Below, piece after piece: positions 24,615-40,465 of a DNA stretch of 64,000 nt; the first letter of the stretch is position 1; every line of letters starts with the position of its first letter. The position numbers and the translations under genes are program-made. The notes beneath the pieces were generated by a model, which was not told the DNA's origin, ran no database searches, and saw nothing but the letters and a program-made list of their open reading frames with translations. The stretch comes from Eledone cirrhosa (taxonomy: Eukaryota), in NCBI GenBank assembly GCA_964016885.1, contig OZ024760.1, positions 21,638,001-21,702,000 on the forward strand, written 5' to 3'.

Positions 24615-27600
24615 GAAATTGAGAGATCACAGCTCTGATAATATGGGCAGGTGGTTAGAATGTCTCAAGAAAGAACTGCTGGAGTTACTTCAGGTAGAGC
24701 CACTAGTTCTCTGAATTGAGAGATCACAGCTCTGATACTATGGGCAGTTGGTTAGAATGTCTCAAGAAAGAACTGTTGGAGTTACTTCAGGTAGAGCCAC
24801 TAGTTCTCTGAATTGAGAGATCACAGCTCTGATACTATGGGCAGGTGGTTAGAATGTCTCAAGAAAGAACTGTTGGCGTTACTTCAGGTAGAGCCACTAG
24901 TTCTCTGAATTGAGAGATCACAGTTCTGATACTATGGGCAGGTGGTTAGAATGTCTCAAGAAAGAACTGTTGGAGTTACTTCAGGTAGAGCCACTAGTTC
25001 TCTGAATTGAGAGATCACAGTTCTGATACTATGGGCAGGTGGTTAGAATGTCTCAAGAAAGAACTGTTGGAGTTACTTCAGGTAGAGCCACTAGTTCTCT
25101 GAATTGAGAGATCACAGTTCTGATACTATGGGCAGGTGGTTAGAATGTCTCAAGAAAGAACTGTTGGAGTTACTTCAGGTAGAGCCACTAGTTCTCTGAA
25201 TTGAGAGATCACAGCTCTGATACTATGGGCAGTTGGTTAGAATGTCTCAAGAAAGAACTGTTGGAGTTACTTCAGGTAGAGCCACTAGTTCTCTGAATTG
25301 AGAGATCACAGCTCTGATACTATGGGCAGTTGGTTAGAATGTCTCAAGAAAGAACTGTTGGAGTTACTTCAGGTAGAGCCACTAGTTCTCTGAATTGAGA
25401 GATCACAGCTCTGATACTATGGGCAGGTGGTTAGAATGTCTCAAGAAAGAACTGTTGGAGTTACTTCAGGTAGAGCCACTAGTTCTCTGAATTGAGAGAT
25501 CACAGCTCTGATACTATGGGCAGGTGGTTAGAATGTCTCAAGAAAGAACTGTTGGCGTTACTTCAGGTAGAGCCACTAGTTCTCTGAATTGAGAGATCAC
25601 AGCTCTGATACTATGGGCAGGTGGTTAGAATGTCTCAAGAAAGAACTGCTGGAGTTACTTCAGGTAGAGCCACTAGTTCTCTGAATTGAGAGATCACAGC
25701 TCTGATACTATGGGCAGGTGGTTAGAATGTCTCAAGAAAGAACTGCTGGAGTTACTTCAGGTAGAGCCACTAGTTCTCTGAATTGAGAGATCACAGCTCT
25801 GATACTATGGGCAGGTGGTTAGAATGTCTCAAGAAAGAACTGCTGGAGTTACTTCAGGTAGAGCCACTAGTTCTCTGAATTGAGAGATCACAGCTCTGAT
25901 ACTATGGGCAGGTGGTTAGAATGTCTCAAGAAAGAACTGTTGGAGTTACTTCAGGTAGAGCCACTAGTTCTCTGAATTGAGAGATCACAGCTCTGATACT
26001 ATGGGCAGGTGGTTAGAATGTCTCAAGAAAGAACTGCTGGAGTTACTTCAGGTAGAGCCACTAGTTCTCTGAATTGAGAGATCACAGCTCTGATACTATG
26101 GGCAGGTGGTTAGGATGTCTCAAGAAAGAACTGTTGGAGTTACTTCAGGTAGAGCCACTAGTTCTCTGAATTGAGAGATCACAGCTCTGATACTATGGGC
26201 AGGTGGTTAGAATGTCTCAAGAAAGAACTGTTGGAGTTACTTCAGGTAGAGCCACTAGTTCTCTGAATTGAGAGATCACAGCTCTGATACTATGGGCAGG
26301 TGGTTAGAATGTCTCAAGAAAGAACTGTTGGAGTTACTTCAGGTAGAGCCACTAGTTCTCTGAATTGAGAGATCACAGCTCTGATACTATGGGCAGGTGG
26401 TTAGAATGTCTCAAGAAAGAACTGTTGGAGTTACTTCAGGTAGAGCCACTAGTTCTCTGAATTGAGAGATCACAGCTCTGATACTATGGGCAGGTGGTTA
26501 GAATGTCTCAAGAAAGAACTGTTGGAGTTACTTCAGGTAGAGCCACTAGTTCTCTGAATTGAGAGATCACAGCTCTGATACTATGGGCAGGTGGTTAGAA
26601 TGTCTCAAGAAAGAACTGTTGGAGTTACTTCAGGTAGAGCCACTAGTTCTCTGAATTGAGAGATCACAGCTCTGATACTATGGGCAGGTGGTTAGAATGT
26701 CTCAAGAAAGAACTGCTGGAGTTACTTCAGGTAGAGCCACTAGTTCTCTGAATTGAGAGATCACAGCTCTGATACTATGGGCAGGTGGTTAGGATGTCTC
26801 AAGAAAGAACTGTTGGAGTTACTTCAGGTAGAGCCACTAGTTCTCTGAATTGAGAGATCACAGCTCTGATACTATGGGCAGGTGGTTAGAATGTCTCAAG
26901 AAAGAACTGTTGGAGTTACTTCAGGTAGAGCCACTAGTTCTCTGAATTGAGAGATCACAGCTCTGATACTATGGGCAGGTGGTTAGAATGTCTCAAGAAA
27001 GAACTGTTGGAGTTACTTCAGGTAGAGCCACTAGTTCTCTGAATTGAGAGATCACAGCTCTGATACTATGGGCAGGTGGTTAGAATGTCTCAAGAAAGAA
27101 CTGTTGGAGTTACTTCAGGTAGAGCCACTAGTTCTCTGAATTGAGAGATCACAGCTCTGATACTATGGGCAGGTGGTTAGAATGTCTCAAGAAAGAACTG
27201 TTGGAGTTACTTCAGGTAGAGCCACTAGTTCTCTGAATTGAGAGATCACAGCTCTGATACTATGGGCAGGTGGTTAGAATGTCTCAAGAAAGAACTGTTG
27301 GAGTTACTTCAGGTAGAGCCACTAGTTCTCTGAATTGAGAGATCACAGCTCTGATACTATGGGCAGGTGGTTAGAATGTCTCAAGAAAGAACTGTTGGAG
27401 TTACTTCAGGTAGAGCCACTAGTTCTCTGAATTGAGAGATCACAGCTCTGATACTATGGGCAGGTGGTTAGAATGTCTCAAGAAAGAACTGCTGGAGTTA
27501 CTTCAGGTAGAGCCACTAGTTCTCTGAATTGAGAAATCACAGCTCTGATACTATGGGCAAGTGGTTAGAATGTCTCAAGAAAGAACTGTTGGAGTTACTT

Positions 27601-29520
27601 CAGGTAGAGCCACTAGTTCTCTGAATTGAGAGATCACAGCTCTGATACTATGGGCAGGTGGTTAGAATGTCTCAAGAAAGAACTGCTGGAGTTACTTCAG
27701 GTAGAGCCACTAGTTCTCTGAATTGAGAGATCACAGCTCTGATACTATGGGCAGGTGGTTAGAATGTCTCAAGAAAGAACTGTTGGAGTTACTTCAGGTA
27801 GAGCCACTAGTTCTCTGAATTGAGAGATCACAGCTCTGATACTATGGGCAGGTGGTTAGAATGTCTCAAGAAAGAACTGTTGGAGTTACTTCAGGTAGAG
27901 CCACTAGTTCTCTGAATTGAGAGATCACAGCTCTGATACTATGGGCAGGTGGTTAGGATGTCTCAAGAAAGAACTGCTGGAGTTACTTCAGGTAGAGCCA
28001 CTAATTCTCTGAATTGAGAGATCACAGCTCTGATACTATGGGCAGGTGGTTAGGATGTCTCAAGAAAGAACTGTTGGAGTTACTTCAGGTAGAGCCACTA
28101 GTTCTCTGAATTGAGAGATCACAGCTCTGATACTATGGGCAGGTGGTTAGAATGTCTCAGGAAAGAACTGCTGGAGTTACTTCAGGTAGAGCCACTAGTT
28201 CTCTGAATTGAGAGATCACAGCTCTGATACTATGGGCAGGTGGTTAGAATGTCTCAAGAAAGAACTGCTGGAGTTACTTCAGGTAGAGCCACTAGTTCTC
28301 TGAATTGAGAGATCACAGCTCTGATACTATGGGCAGGTGGTTAGAATGTCTCAAGAAAGAACTGTTGGAGTTACTTCAGGTAGAGCCACTAGTTCTCTGA
28401 ATTGAGAGATCACAGCTCTGATACTATGGGCAGTTGGTTAGAATGTCTCAAGAAAGAACTGCTGGAGTTACTTCAGGTAGAGCCACTAGTTCTCTGAATT
28501 GAGAGATCACAGCTCTGATACTATGGGCAGGTGGTTAGAATGTCTCAAGAAAGAACTGTTGGAGTTACTTCAGGTAGGGCCACTAGTTCTCTGAATTGAG
28601 AGATCACAGCTCTGATACTATGGGCAGGTGGTTAGAATGTCTCAAGAAAGAACTGTTGGAGTTACTTCAGGTAGAGCCACTACTCTGAATTGAGAGATCA
28701 CAGCTCTGATACTATGGGCAGGTGGTTAGAATGTCTCAAGAAAGAACTGTTGGAGTTACTTCAGGTAGAGCCACTAGTTCTCTGAATTGAGAGATCACAG
28801 CTCTGATACTATGGGCAGGTGGTTAGAATGTCTCAAGAAAGAACTGTTGGAGTTACTTCAGGTAGAGCCACTACTCTGAATTGAGAGATCACAGCTCTGA
28901 TACTATGGGCAGGTGGTTAGAATGTCTCAAGAAAGAACTGTTGGAGTTACTTCAGGTAGAGCCACTAGTTCTCTGAATTGAGAGATCACAGCTCTGATAC
29001 TATGGGCAGGTGGTTAGAATGTCTCAAGAAAGAACTGTTGGCGTTACTTCAGGTAGAGCCACTAGTTCTCTGAATTGAGAGATCACAGCTCTGATACTAT
29101 GGGCAGGTGGTTAGAATGTCTCAAGAAAGAACTGTTGGCGTTACTTCAGGTAGAGCCACTAGTTCTCTGAATTGAGAAATCACAGCTCTGATACTATGGG
29201 CAGGTGGTTAGAATGTCTCAAGAAAGAACTGTTGGCGTTACTTCAGGTAGAGCCACTAGTTCTCTGAATTGAGAGATCACAGCTCTGATACTATGGGCAG
29301 TTGGTTAGAATGTCTCAAGAAAGAACTGTTGGAGTTACTTCAGGTAGAGCCACTAGTTCTCTGAATTGAGAGATCACAGCTCTGATACTATGGGCAGTTG
29401 GTTAGAATGTCTCAAGAAAGAACTGTTGGAGTTACTTCAGGTAGAGCCACTAGTTCTCTGAATTGAGAGATCACAGCTCTGATACTATGGGCAGGTGGTT
29501 AGGATGTCTCAGGAAAGAAT
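24615..29520 (+). repeat. 97-bp satellite derived from the RTE LINE ORF C-terminus, about 50 copies
   Basis: Period of 97 bp (tgtctcaag at 24661, 24758 and onward). The unit encodes LQVEPLVL*IERSQL*YYGQVVRMSQER. Confidence 0.92.
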
Positions 29521-29667
29521 TGGTGGACAGATTTTATTACTGGCAAAACCAGCTGGCGAGAGACCCAGGGGTAAACCACTAGCAAGATGATTGGATACCA
29601 TCCATGGACTCGGTTGGTCTTACTTGCGGATCCAGCTGGATTAGTTGGAAGAAGAAGAAGAAGAAGG
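29520..29667 (+). mobile_element. Continuation of the RTE 3' end after the satellite
   Basis: Translates ILLLAKPAGERPRGKPLAR*LDTIH and ends in (gaa)n. Confidence 0.75.
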
Positions 29668-30153
29668 GTTCCGATATCGATACCAATGCCAGGCTGGGTG
29701 AATATGCTATGGGAGCAGGGGAAGAGGGGTGAAGAAAAAGGCCCCTTACATCTGGAAGAAGAAAGAAAAGACACCCTTTAAGCTGGCTGGGTGGCTGTCT
29801 CCAGACATATGGATAGGTAATGGGAAGACAGAGAAGAAGAAGAAGAAGAAGAAAAAGAAGAAAAAGAAGAAAAGGAAGAAAAAGAAGAAAAAGAAGAAGA
29901 AGAAGAAGAAGGCGACAGTGGAAGAGGAAGTGGAGGCGTTTATTTCAATTTGGTTGAGCTGTCTGAGTGGATATGTTATGGGAATAAGAATATGAATAAG
30001 AACAATAAGACAGAGAAGGAGGGAGGGGGTATGAGGAGGAAAAGGTGGGAGGAGAGGTTAATTAAATTTGATTGATTTTGATTAATGATTCCTTGTTGTT
30101 GTCCGACATCTCAGAGTTTACCGAAATGTTAATGTGCAAGTAACTGTACTTAC

Positions 30154-30207
30154 AGAAGTGTTTTTGCCATTTTTGTTGGTGACTTTTAGCAGTGACCCTT
30201 CATAACC
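30154..30207 (-). CDS. cpo: Internal coding exon (54 nt, phase 0/0) of the cpo/RBPMS-like gene: GYEGSLLKVTNKNGKNTS
   Basis: Minus strand reads cctttctttccag|GGTTATGAAGGG...AACACTTCT|gtaagt. It continues the RRM in frame and carries the Cpo-type KNGK loop. Confidence 0.96.
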
Positions 30208-30312
30208 CTGGAAAGAAAGGTAAGAAATCTTGTCTCATGACCCAGGTGAACAGTGCAACAAACACATTGAATACTCATGCTGGCTTATTTTCACTTTTTA
30301 TTTTTATTTTTA

Positions 30313-30365
<53 letters not shown>

Positions 30366-30611
30366 TTTAATCATTTTTAGTCTTTTAAAAAAAAAAATGT
30401 TCTTTGTTTTTTTTTCTTTCTTTCTTTCTTTTGATTAAAAAAAATTGTGTTGTGATAAGAAAATAAGGAAAAAAATATATATAGGCATATATATATATAT
30501 ATATATGTAAATATATATGTAAATATATATATATGTATATATATATATACATATATATTCTAAAATATATGACAATATACAATATATATATTTGTATATA
30601 TATACACATAT

Positions 30612-30669
<58 letters not shown>

Positions 30670-31015
30670 AAATAAAATAAAATAAAATAATGAGAAATAA
30701 AACAAAATAAATGACAGAAATAAAACAAAATAAATGATAGACAATATAGAAGAGGAGGAGGAGATTGAAGCTGTGGCATTCATGCATTTTCCTACTACTA
30801 AGAACATAATTCAGAAAATGATGTTTACTAGATGACACTTGTGGTGGTTGTGGTGGGGTTATTTAACCCCGAGTCAATCCTGACTCTATTTTGAACAGAG
30901 CAAATCATCCCAGAAACGAAAGGTGAGGATAGTTTTAACACCACCACCTTAACTATCCTCATACCAAACCCCCTGCAACCACGTCTGGTTCTATGGAACA
31001 GACTGTGTATTTTAA

Positions 31016-31562
31016 CCCTTTAGCTTTTACATTACTCTATCATCATCATCATCATCATCATTTTACGTCCGCTTTTCCCTGCTTGCAAGGGTGGGACGGG
31101 AACTGATTCTGGCTTGATTTTTACAGCTGGATGCCCTTCCTAACACCAACCTCATTTACAGTGTGTGCTGGGTGCTTTTTTGCCGTGGTACCTCCACGAC
31201 CACTTTACAGTGGAATGATAGGGACCCCAGTCCTACCATCTCATTTCTACAGCTGAGTGAACTGGAGCAATGTGAAATAAAGTGTCTTGCTCAAGGAAAC
31301 AACACATCACCCGGTCTGAGAATTGAACTCACAACCTTTTGATTGCAAGGCCAATGATCTAACCACTAAGCCATGAGCCTCCATTTACAATTATATTTCC
31401 ATGGTAAAGTCTTTACTTTACATAATATCGAATCTATGAGACTTTGATATTTATTTTGAGTAAAATACCTTAACATCAGTATGAGCAGCCAGTTACAACC
31501 GGTTTGCACAGAAAGAGGTGAGAGATTTCTGGCTGGATACGGCCTGTTTAAATGCTAAAGGG
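31016..31562. mobile_element. piggyBac-like MITE (TTAA TSD) with a nested CORE-like SINE at 31040-31383 (minus strand)
   Basis: ttaa|ccctttagc ... gctaaaggg|ttaa, with a full SINE interrupting the body. Confidence 0.75.
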
Positions 31563-31669
31563 TTAAAGTGTTTACAATTCATCTAAAAACCTTCTATCAT
31601 AACTTAGTAAATATTCTTGTATAAGATATATGTTTCAAACACCAGATAAATAATGGCTTTAAAATTATG

Positions 31670-32020
31670 GGGTAGAGGGGAGAGGTCATTAAATCATCCC
31701 AGTGCATTACTGGTACGTAAGGATGAAAGGCAAAGCTAACCTTGGTGAGATTTGAACTCAGAATGAAAGCATTTGCCAACCCAAAACCCTTACCATAATA
31801 ATGGTTTCTGATTTAGGCATAAGGCCAGAAATTTTGGGGGAGGGGAAAGTCGATTAAATCGACCCCAGTGCGTGACTGGTACTTTATTTTATCGAATCCG
31901 TAAGGATGAAAGGCAAAGTTAACCTCAGCGGGATTTGAACTCAGAGAGTAAAAGGCCATAACTCTCTGCCGCAAAGCATGCTGTCTGACGCTCTACTGAG
32001 ACTGGTAATCCACCGCCCTT
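31670..32020 (-). mobile_element. Nin/Deu-like SINE copies
   Basis: Same SINE motifs as 3580-3770. Confidence 0.8.
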
Positions 32021-32940
32021 AATAATAATAATAATAATGATCATAATAATAATAAAAATAATGGTTTCTAATTTTTGGGAACAGGGCAGCTATTTATGGT
32101 GAGAGGAAGAGTCACTTAGTATTTTATAGGTACTTAATGGTTTTGCCAGCACACATGACCCCGGGAAGGAGAAAAGATAAAGGGGACTTTGATGGGAATT
32201 GAACTTAGAAACAATAGGGTACTTATGCCAAGGGAAATAAAATAAAAAATGCAAACAAAAATAAAACAAAGGAAAAAATAAAAAAAGAAGGAAAGAAAAA
32301 GTCAAAACATTCATACACACACATTCATACATACATACACATATACACACATATATACACTAATACACACACACACACATATATACACTCATACATACAT
32401 ACATGAATACACACACGCATATATACACTCACACATGCATACACTAATACACACACACATATATACACTCATGCATACATACATTAATACACACACATGT
32501 ATATATATTTATATATATATATACACTCACACATACATATACACTAATACACACACACACATATATATACACTCATACATACACACATACATACAGAAGC
32601 AGTGAGTGAAATAAATTAAAATAAATGTTTTTAAAAAAAATTAATTAAATAAACTTTTCCCTTTATTTCCTTAATTTAAGAAGAAAGCATTTTTTTTTCT
32701 TTTATAAATATTTTAATTTTTTATTTTTATTTATCTATTTTTTTTGCAAGGTGTGAACAAACGTGAATTGTGCACGTGAGGTGTGTAAAATGTGAAGTGC
32801 AGTTTGGTATTTTGAAAAAAAAATAGAATCACACACAAACAAAAACAAAACAAAACACACTATTTAATTCAGGCAGTAACTTTATATATATTTATATATA
32901 TATATATATATGTATGTATAAATATGTATATGTATATACA

Positions 32941-32985
<45 letters not shown>

Positions 32986-33004
32986 ATATGTATATATATA
33001 TACA

Positions 33005-33054
<50 letters not shown>

Positions 33055-33757
33055 TGTATATATATGACGTATCTATGTATGTCTGTGAAGATAATTATCT
33101 GTGTATAAGTATGTATTTATATATACATATTTATATGTGTGTATTATACATATACAAATATGTATATATATATATATATACATATATATCTATATATAGA
33201 CATAATGGTGAGAATTCAATAACAGAATCCAAGGAATCTAGAGATTGGTCTGTGCGTCACTCAGTAGCTCATTTATTGGTAAAGGTGACCATTTCTTCAG
33301 TTTATATGTCAGTGGTGGCATGAGGGGAAATTTGCAGTGTTTTGGTCAATGTAAAGTCCAGACTATGGAAGAGAGGAAATTTCATTGTCTTCTTCAGTCC
33401 ATGAGAGCTTGGACAAATTGGGGCAAAATGGACATTGGATCTGAGTTCTCAGAAGAAGTTTTCCCAGCCACTACATAAGGACTTTCTAAAATGTAGAAAA
33501 CAGTCGACTGTTTTCAAGTCCAGCAGTTGCAAGTGTTGAAGGACCAGTTAAGTCCGAAATGCATTGACAATTGTGGCCCTTGTTTCTGCTGGATACCACC
33601 AGAGGGTGTTAGCCCCGGTGTATTTTTTTTTGCATAGCTATGGCTTTCTAAATGTTCACCTGTAAACATACCGTGTTTCTTTAGAAATACTAAATTTCTA
33701 TACATATCTGTATACTGCTATGCTTGAAGCTAAATCCTAATTATATATATATATATA

Positions 33758-34126
33758 TAATTGTTTCTACTTTAGGCACAAGGCCAGCAATTACCCAGTG
33801 CATTACTGGTACTTTATTTTATCGACCCCGTAAGGATGAAAGGCAAAGTCAACCTCGGCGGGATTTGAACTCAGATCATAAAGGGACTTAACTATGCTGG
33901 AAAGCATGGCGTCCGACCCTCTACTGATACTGCCAATCCAATATATAATATTATATTATATTAGGGTCGGATGCCATGCTTTGACGCATAGAGTTACGGC
34001 CCTTGCCATTCTGAGTTCAAATCCCGGCGAGGTTAACTTTGCCTTTCATCCTTACGGGGTCGATAAAATAAAGTACCAGTAATACACTGGGTAATTGCTG
34101 GCCTTGTGCCAATAGTAGAAACAATT
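33758..34126. mobile_element. Head-to-head inverted pair of Nin/Deu-like SINEs
   Basis: 33758-33940 (-) and 33962-34126 (+) are reverse complements separated by a short AT spacer. Confidence 0.9.
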
Positions 34127-34679
34127 ATTTATTTATGTTCATACACTGACCAAAAGTAGTACCTAAGGTTTCAAGGTCCTGTATAGATTATATCTCCAGA
34201 GGGTATGGGGTATCAAAATTGTTATCTAAGCTTCAGGTCCTTAGATGAGTTTTACAAATATAATATAATATAATATAATATATATATATATATATATAAA
34301 TATATATATAGTAATAATAAATGTAAAGACTAAAATCCAAAGAGGACTCGATAATAAATAAATATATATATATATATATACACATATATAGTAAATATAT
34401 ATATAATATTTATATAAACATATATAATATATATATATATATATATAATATATATATGTGTATATATAAATATATATATATATATAAATAGAAAGAGAGT
34501 GAGGGGTATGTGGATGTACACATTACTGATGAGGGTTGTGTGTAAGCATGTCTATATCGTCTATATATATATATATATATATAAAATAACATATACCATA
34601 TATACACATTTATATATAATAAAATACATTCATTTCCAGTGCAGATTTCTTGTATATTTTTGTTGTTTTAAATTTCTAC

Positions 34680-34712
<33 letters not shown>

Positions 34713-34728
34713 ACACATATATACACAC

Positions 34729-34763
<35 letters not shown>

Positions 34764-34851
34764 TACACACACATATATATATATATGTATATATGTATAT
34801 ATATATACATATATATACACACATATATATATATATATACACATATATATT

Positions 34852-34883
<32 letters not shown>

Positions 34884-35438
34884 TATATATATATTTGTTG
34901 ATATGGTGAAACAATGTCCCTCAGGCAATAAAGCTAGGGAGCTCATACTCTTTCATTGTTGCTAGGAGAACTACTTACACAATTTTTGCCTGGTTTCCCC
35001 ATCACTTTTAACAAAGCATTTTGATATCCCTGTAAAAACATGCCGGAAAAAGTTCAAAATGCCCCCATTTTTTTTTTATTAAAAAAAAAATGTTAATAAT
35101 AATAATATTAATGGTGATTAAAATTTGTACAAGGCTGCAAATTTTAGGCAGGGAGTTGGACAGGGGGTAATAATCGAGTTAATAATTTATAATTTCATTA
35201 GTTCTTGAATGGTACTTTGGTTTCACAACTCCAAAATGTGGAAAGTCAAAGTTGAACTTGGCGGGATTTCATTTCATAATGCAAAGAACTGGTACAAATA
35301 ACGCAAGGTATTTTTGCCCAACGGTCTAATGATATCCAACCAAAGGGGATAAGTCTTTTGCATTTTATTATTTTATTGTAATAGCAATAACATTTCCTTC
35401 ATAAGCGTACAACACAAAATCGGCCGCAAATCATTTTG

Positions 35439-35479
<41 letters not shown>

Positions 35480-35550
35480 ATATATATACATATATATATA
35501 TTGTATATATATATATATATATATATCGTATATATATATATATATATATA

Positions 35551-35645
35551 TCATCATCATCATTTTACGTCCGCTTTTCCCTGCTTGAAAGGGTTGCACA
35601 GCATCTCTCCACTTGTCACGGTCCTTTGTCATCTCCTCGGTGAGA
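35551..35645 (-). mobile_element. RTE 3'-terminal fragment
   Basis: [16 protein letters not shown] followed by an aagcggacgtaaaatgatgat tail. Confidence 0.7.
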
Positions 35646-35792
35646 TATATTGTATATATATATATATACATACATATATTGTATATATATATGTATATAT
35701 ATACAATATATGTATGTATATATATATATATATATATACATACATACATATATTGTGTATATATATATATATATATAAATACATACATATAT

Positions 35793-35840
<48 letters not shown>

Positions 35841-35847
35841 CATATAT

Positions 35848-35897
<50 letters not shown>

Positions 35898-35906
35898 CAT
35901 ATATTG

Positions 35907-35940
<34 letters not shown>

Positions 35941-36189
35941 TTGTATATATATACATATATATATATATACACATATATACATACATATATTGTGTATATA
36001 TACATATATATATATACACATATATATGTATATATATATAAACACCCACATATAGGTATGTATGTATATATCCTGGATGTTGTGCCTTATAAGAGTTAAA
36101 AACCTTGGTTGAACATACATTGAACTTATTGAGTCCTATTTACCTTGTAGCTTTCTCCTCCTCCTCCTCTTTACCCCATTATCAATAAT

Positions 36190-37476
<1,287 letters not shown>

Positions 37477-38544
37477 TCAATACTGGCTCAAAACAACACC
37501 ACCCATTTAAAAGGGTTTCTATTTGAATTAAGATCTTCCAATATAATTTTACATAGAACAATATATTAAGCTGCTATCGCAGTATTCAGATAATAATCTA
37601 AAGTAAATTCCTCAAAATTCTTCAATAATTAATGGAAATCTTCCAACATAATTTTACAAAGAAAAATATGTTAAATTCAATTAGAATTTGGATTTTTGCT
37701 TTAACATTGTCAATGCGTAAATGTATTTGTGAGAATTAGAAATTGATTTTTCCCTCTAGCATAGTGGATATTTCCATCACCTCTAGAACAAAAGGATGAT
37801 GATGATGGTTATCTAAAAAACATAACGTAATGTGGCTGTTTGCTTGCAAACGAATTGAATATTATTATCATTCGATATACTATCGAAATATTGAGATAAT
37901 AATTTTTCGTAATGTATATATTGATCACCTTTCGTCAAATTGGACCAAGGAAACAATGTTTCCGTTCGTCTTTCCAATTGCTAATACCATCTAGTGGTCG
38001 CAACTCCAGGTAGAAGTAGCAACGTGAAATAAAGTGTCTTGCTCAAGGACATAACGCATCGCCCGGTCAAGGAATTGAACTCACAACCTCAAGATTGTGA
38101 ATCCAATTCTCTAACCACTCAGCCACACGCCTTCACTTCGTAAATTCATCAAAATTCTTCGGTAATTAATTGAAAGAGAGTATTTCATTTGAATTAGAGT
38201 TATGAATGAGATATTTAGTGATTGTATAAGGTTTTCTATATTTTCTATAATAGAGAGAAAGTGTACGTGTTGCTGATGAGTGGCAGTATGAGGAGAAAGA
38301 AAGAGAAGAGAGAAAATTAAGAATGCCATAATGAAGAAAATTATCTAAATATATATTTACGCATGTATATATATATTTATGTAATAAACAACATAAGGTA
38401 ATTATTTCATCTACCAGTGGTTTCTTGAAAGCAAACAAATTTCGCTTTCAATCATCAGAATGAAAAAATCCTGGTAACCTACATAGAGCACTCTTTTTTC
38501 CTGGACCTTTCTGACGGAATTACTTCATTCATACATATGTATAT

Positions 38545-39213
38545 CATCATCATCATCATCATCATCATCAACGTTTAACGTCCGTGTTCCACGCTTGCAT
38601 GGGTTTGGACGGGGGTAGTCCCACTTGAGGCAAGAGTGATTGTCTTGCTCGCATAGGACTGTCTGGCAGGTTTTCTACAGTTGGATGCCCTTCCTAACAC
38701 CAACCACATTTACAGTGTGGGTCTGGGAGGTTTTTACCGTGTTGCCTACACGGCCACATTACAGCGTGGACTGTGTGTTTTTTGTCGTGACACCTACACG
38801 ATCTCATTTGTTTCGGCCTCGATGGCGCGGCACCAACATAACTTTACATAGAACGGGGTGGTGTGGATGGGGTGGGGGTGGTGGTGGTGGGACGGGGTGT
38901 ATTTTGTTAGAGATGCCTACTGGCTGGAGTAGGTTTTACTATATATTTAGGTAAGGCGGGTCTTCTCTGTTACTGAGTACCGCCAAAGGTCTCGGTCCAG
39001 TGACATTGTCTTGGAGAGGTGTAAGTGTGTGATGTCGGAGTTTATCAGCTCGTCCCAGGTTTTTCTAGGTCTGCCTATTCCGTGACTACCGTCTATCTTT
39101 ATTGCCCTGCACTTTGTTATACAGCTATCGACTTTCATGCGCATCACGTGTCCATACCAACGTAGCCTTCTCTCGAGTAAACAACATCTGATCCCTCTTA
39201 TCTCTAATTTTTT

Positions 39214-39215
<2 letters not shown>
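38545..39215 (-). mobile_element. 5'-truncated RTE (BovB-like) LINE: ORF end, 3' UTR and (GAT)n tail
   Basis: Translates ERRLRWYGHVMRM...GRPRKTWDELI...DRDLWRYSVTEKTRLT*, followed by a UTR ending ggacgttaaacgttgatgatgat. Confidence 0.85.
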
Positions 39216-39247
<32 letters not shown>

Positions 39248-39339
39248 GGCTATGCATGACACGTTTTACAATCAGGCAGATAAGGAACCATCTCCTAGAG
39301 GTCACTATTCTTGGAGGCAATCATCAAGGAGAAAATGTA

Positions 39340-39465
39340 TTTATTCTCAAGACTTCAGTTCCCTGTTAGGGCCAGTTTTGCTATGACCATAAATAAAGCT
39401 CAGTCTCAGAGTTTTAAAGTTGTAGAATTGAATACAAGAGAATCACATTTTACCCGTGGGGAACC
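39340..39465 (+). mobile_element. Helitron RepHel (PIF1-like helicase) relic
   Basis: RLQFPVRASFAMTINKAQSQSF...FTRG resembles the Helitron helicase motif R.QFP..LAFAMTINKSQGQ...FSHGQ. Confidence 0.75.
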
Positions 39466-40428
39466 TGTTTATATTGGTATCTATTTGATATAAAGATTGG
39501 CCGCATGAATGGAGGAACGGCAAAGTTGACCTTGGCAGGATTTAAACTCAGAGAGCAGAGAGCCAAAATGAATAGAGCAAAGGACTCTATATGAAGTTCT
39601 AATGACTTTGTCAATTCACCACCTTATATATTTATATTTCAGAAGATCCTGTAAAGTGTGGCAGCAGCAATTCTTTGCTTAAACTTTAATCTGGTATTTT
39701 AATTAATAAATAAATAAATATATATATATATATATAATAATAATAATATTATTTATACTTGTATATACACTATATATAATTATAAACAGGAAAGGTCAGT
39801 ATTTTTTACCACCTTAATACCAGTATGAAAAATAGCTCATTGTAAATACATCAGATGTCTTACAGAGCAGGAATCACTCTTTAAATATGACACCGTTAGT
39901 GACAACAGTAATATCTATGTGTCTTTACGATTCTGTGGAATAGGAGGTTAATTATATGTCTAAACTTTGCTAATGCTCCGATGATTCCAAACGAAAGTTT
40001 GGAAGAAACGATTGTCAGCAATAAAATGTTTTGAACATAGTTTTGATTATTCTGTAATTTATATATATATATAAATTAATAAAAATAATGAATAAAAACA
40101 AAGAAACAGTTCCTTATATTAAAAAATTCATCATTTTACGATCGTTTCTAGGATATATATGTGTGTGTTGGTATGTATATCATATAGATCTATGTAAAAT
40201 TTTTACAAACTATCAGAGGGAATATACATACCTACACATATATATGCTGTCTTCAGAAATTTTGGTAGATTTATCTCTCTCTATATATATATATAATATA
40301 TATATATATTTAAAATCCAAATTCGATAAACAGACCAGGATTTTTTCATTCTGAGGATTGAAAGCAAAATCTTTTGCTTTTAATAAACCACTGGTAAATG
40401 GAATAATTGCCTTATGTTGTTTATTACA

Positions 40429-40461
<33 letters not shown>

Positions 40462-40465
<4 letters not shown>

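Noticed and set aside
24615-29520. CRISPR-like regular array
   Set aside because: The units are contiguous and identical with no unique spacers, there are no cas genes, the context is eukaryotic, and the unit is RTE-derived.
33200-33720. Higher-complexity unique stretch, possibly an exon or TE ORF
   Set aside because: No recognisable motif or sustained reading frame could be identified by eye.
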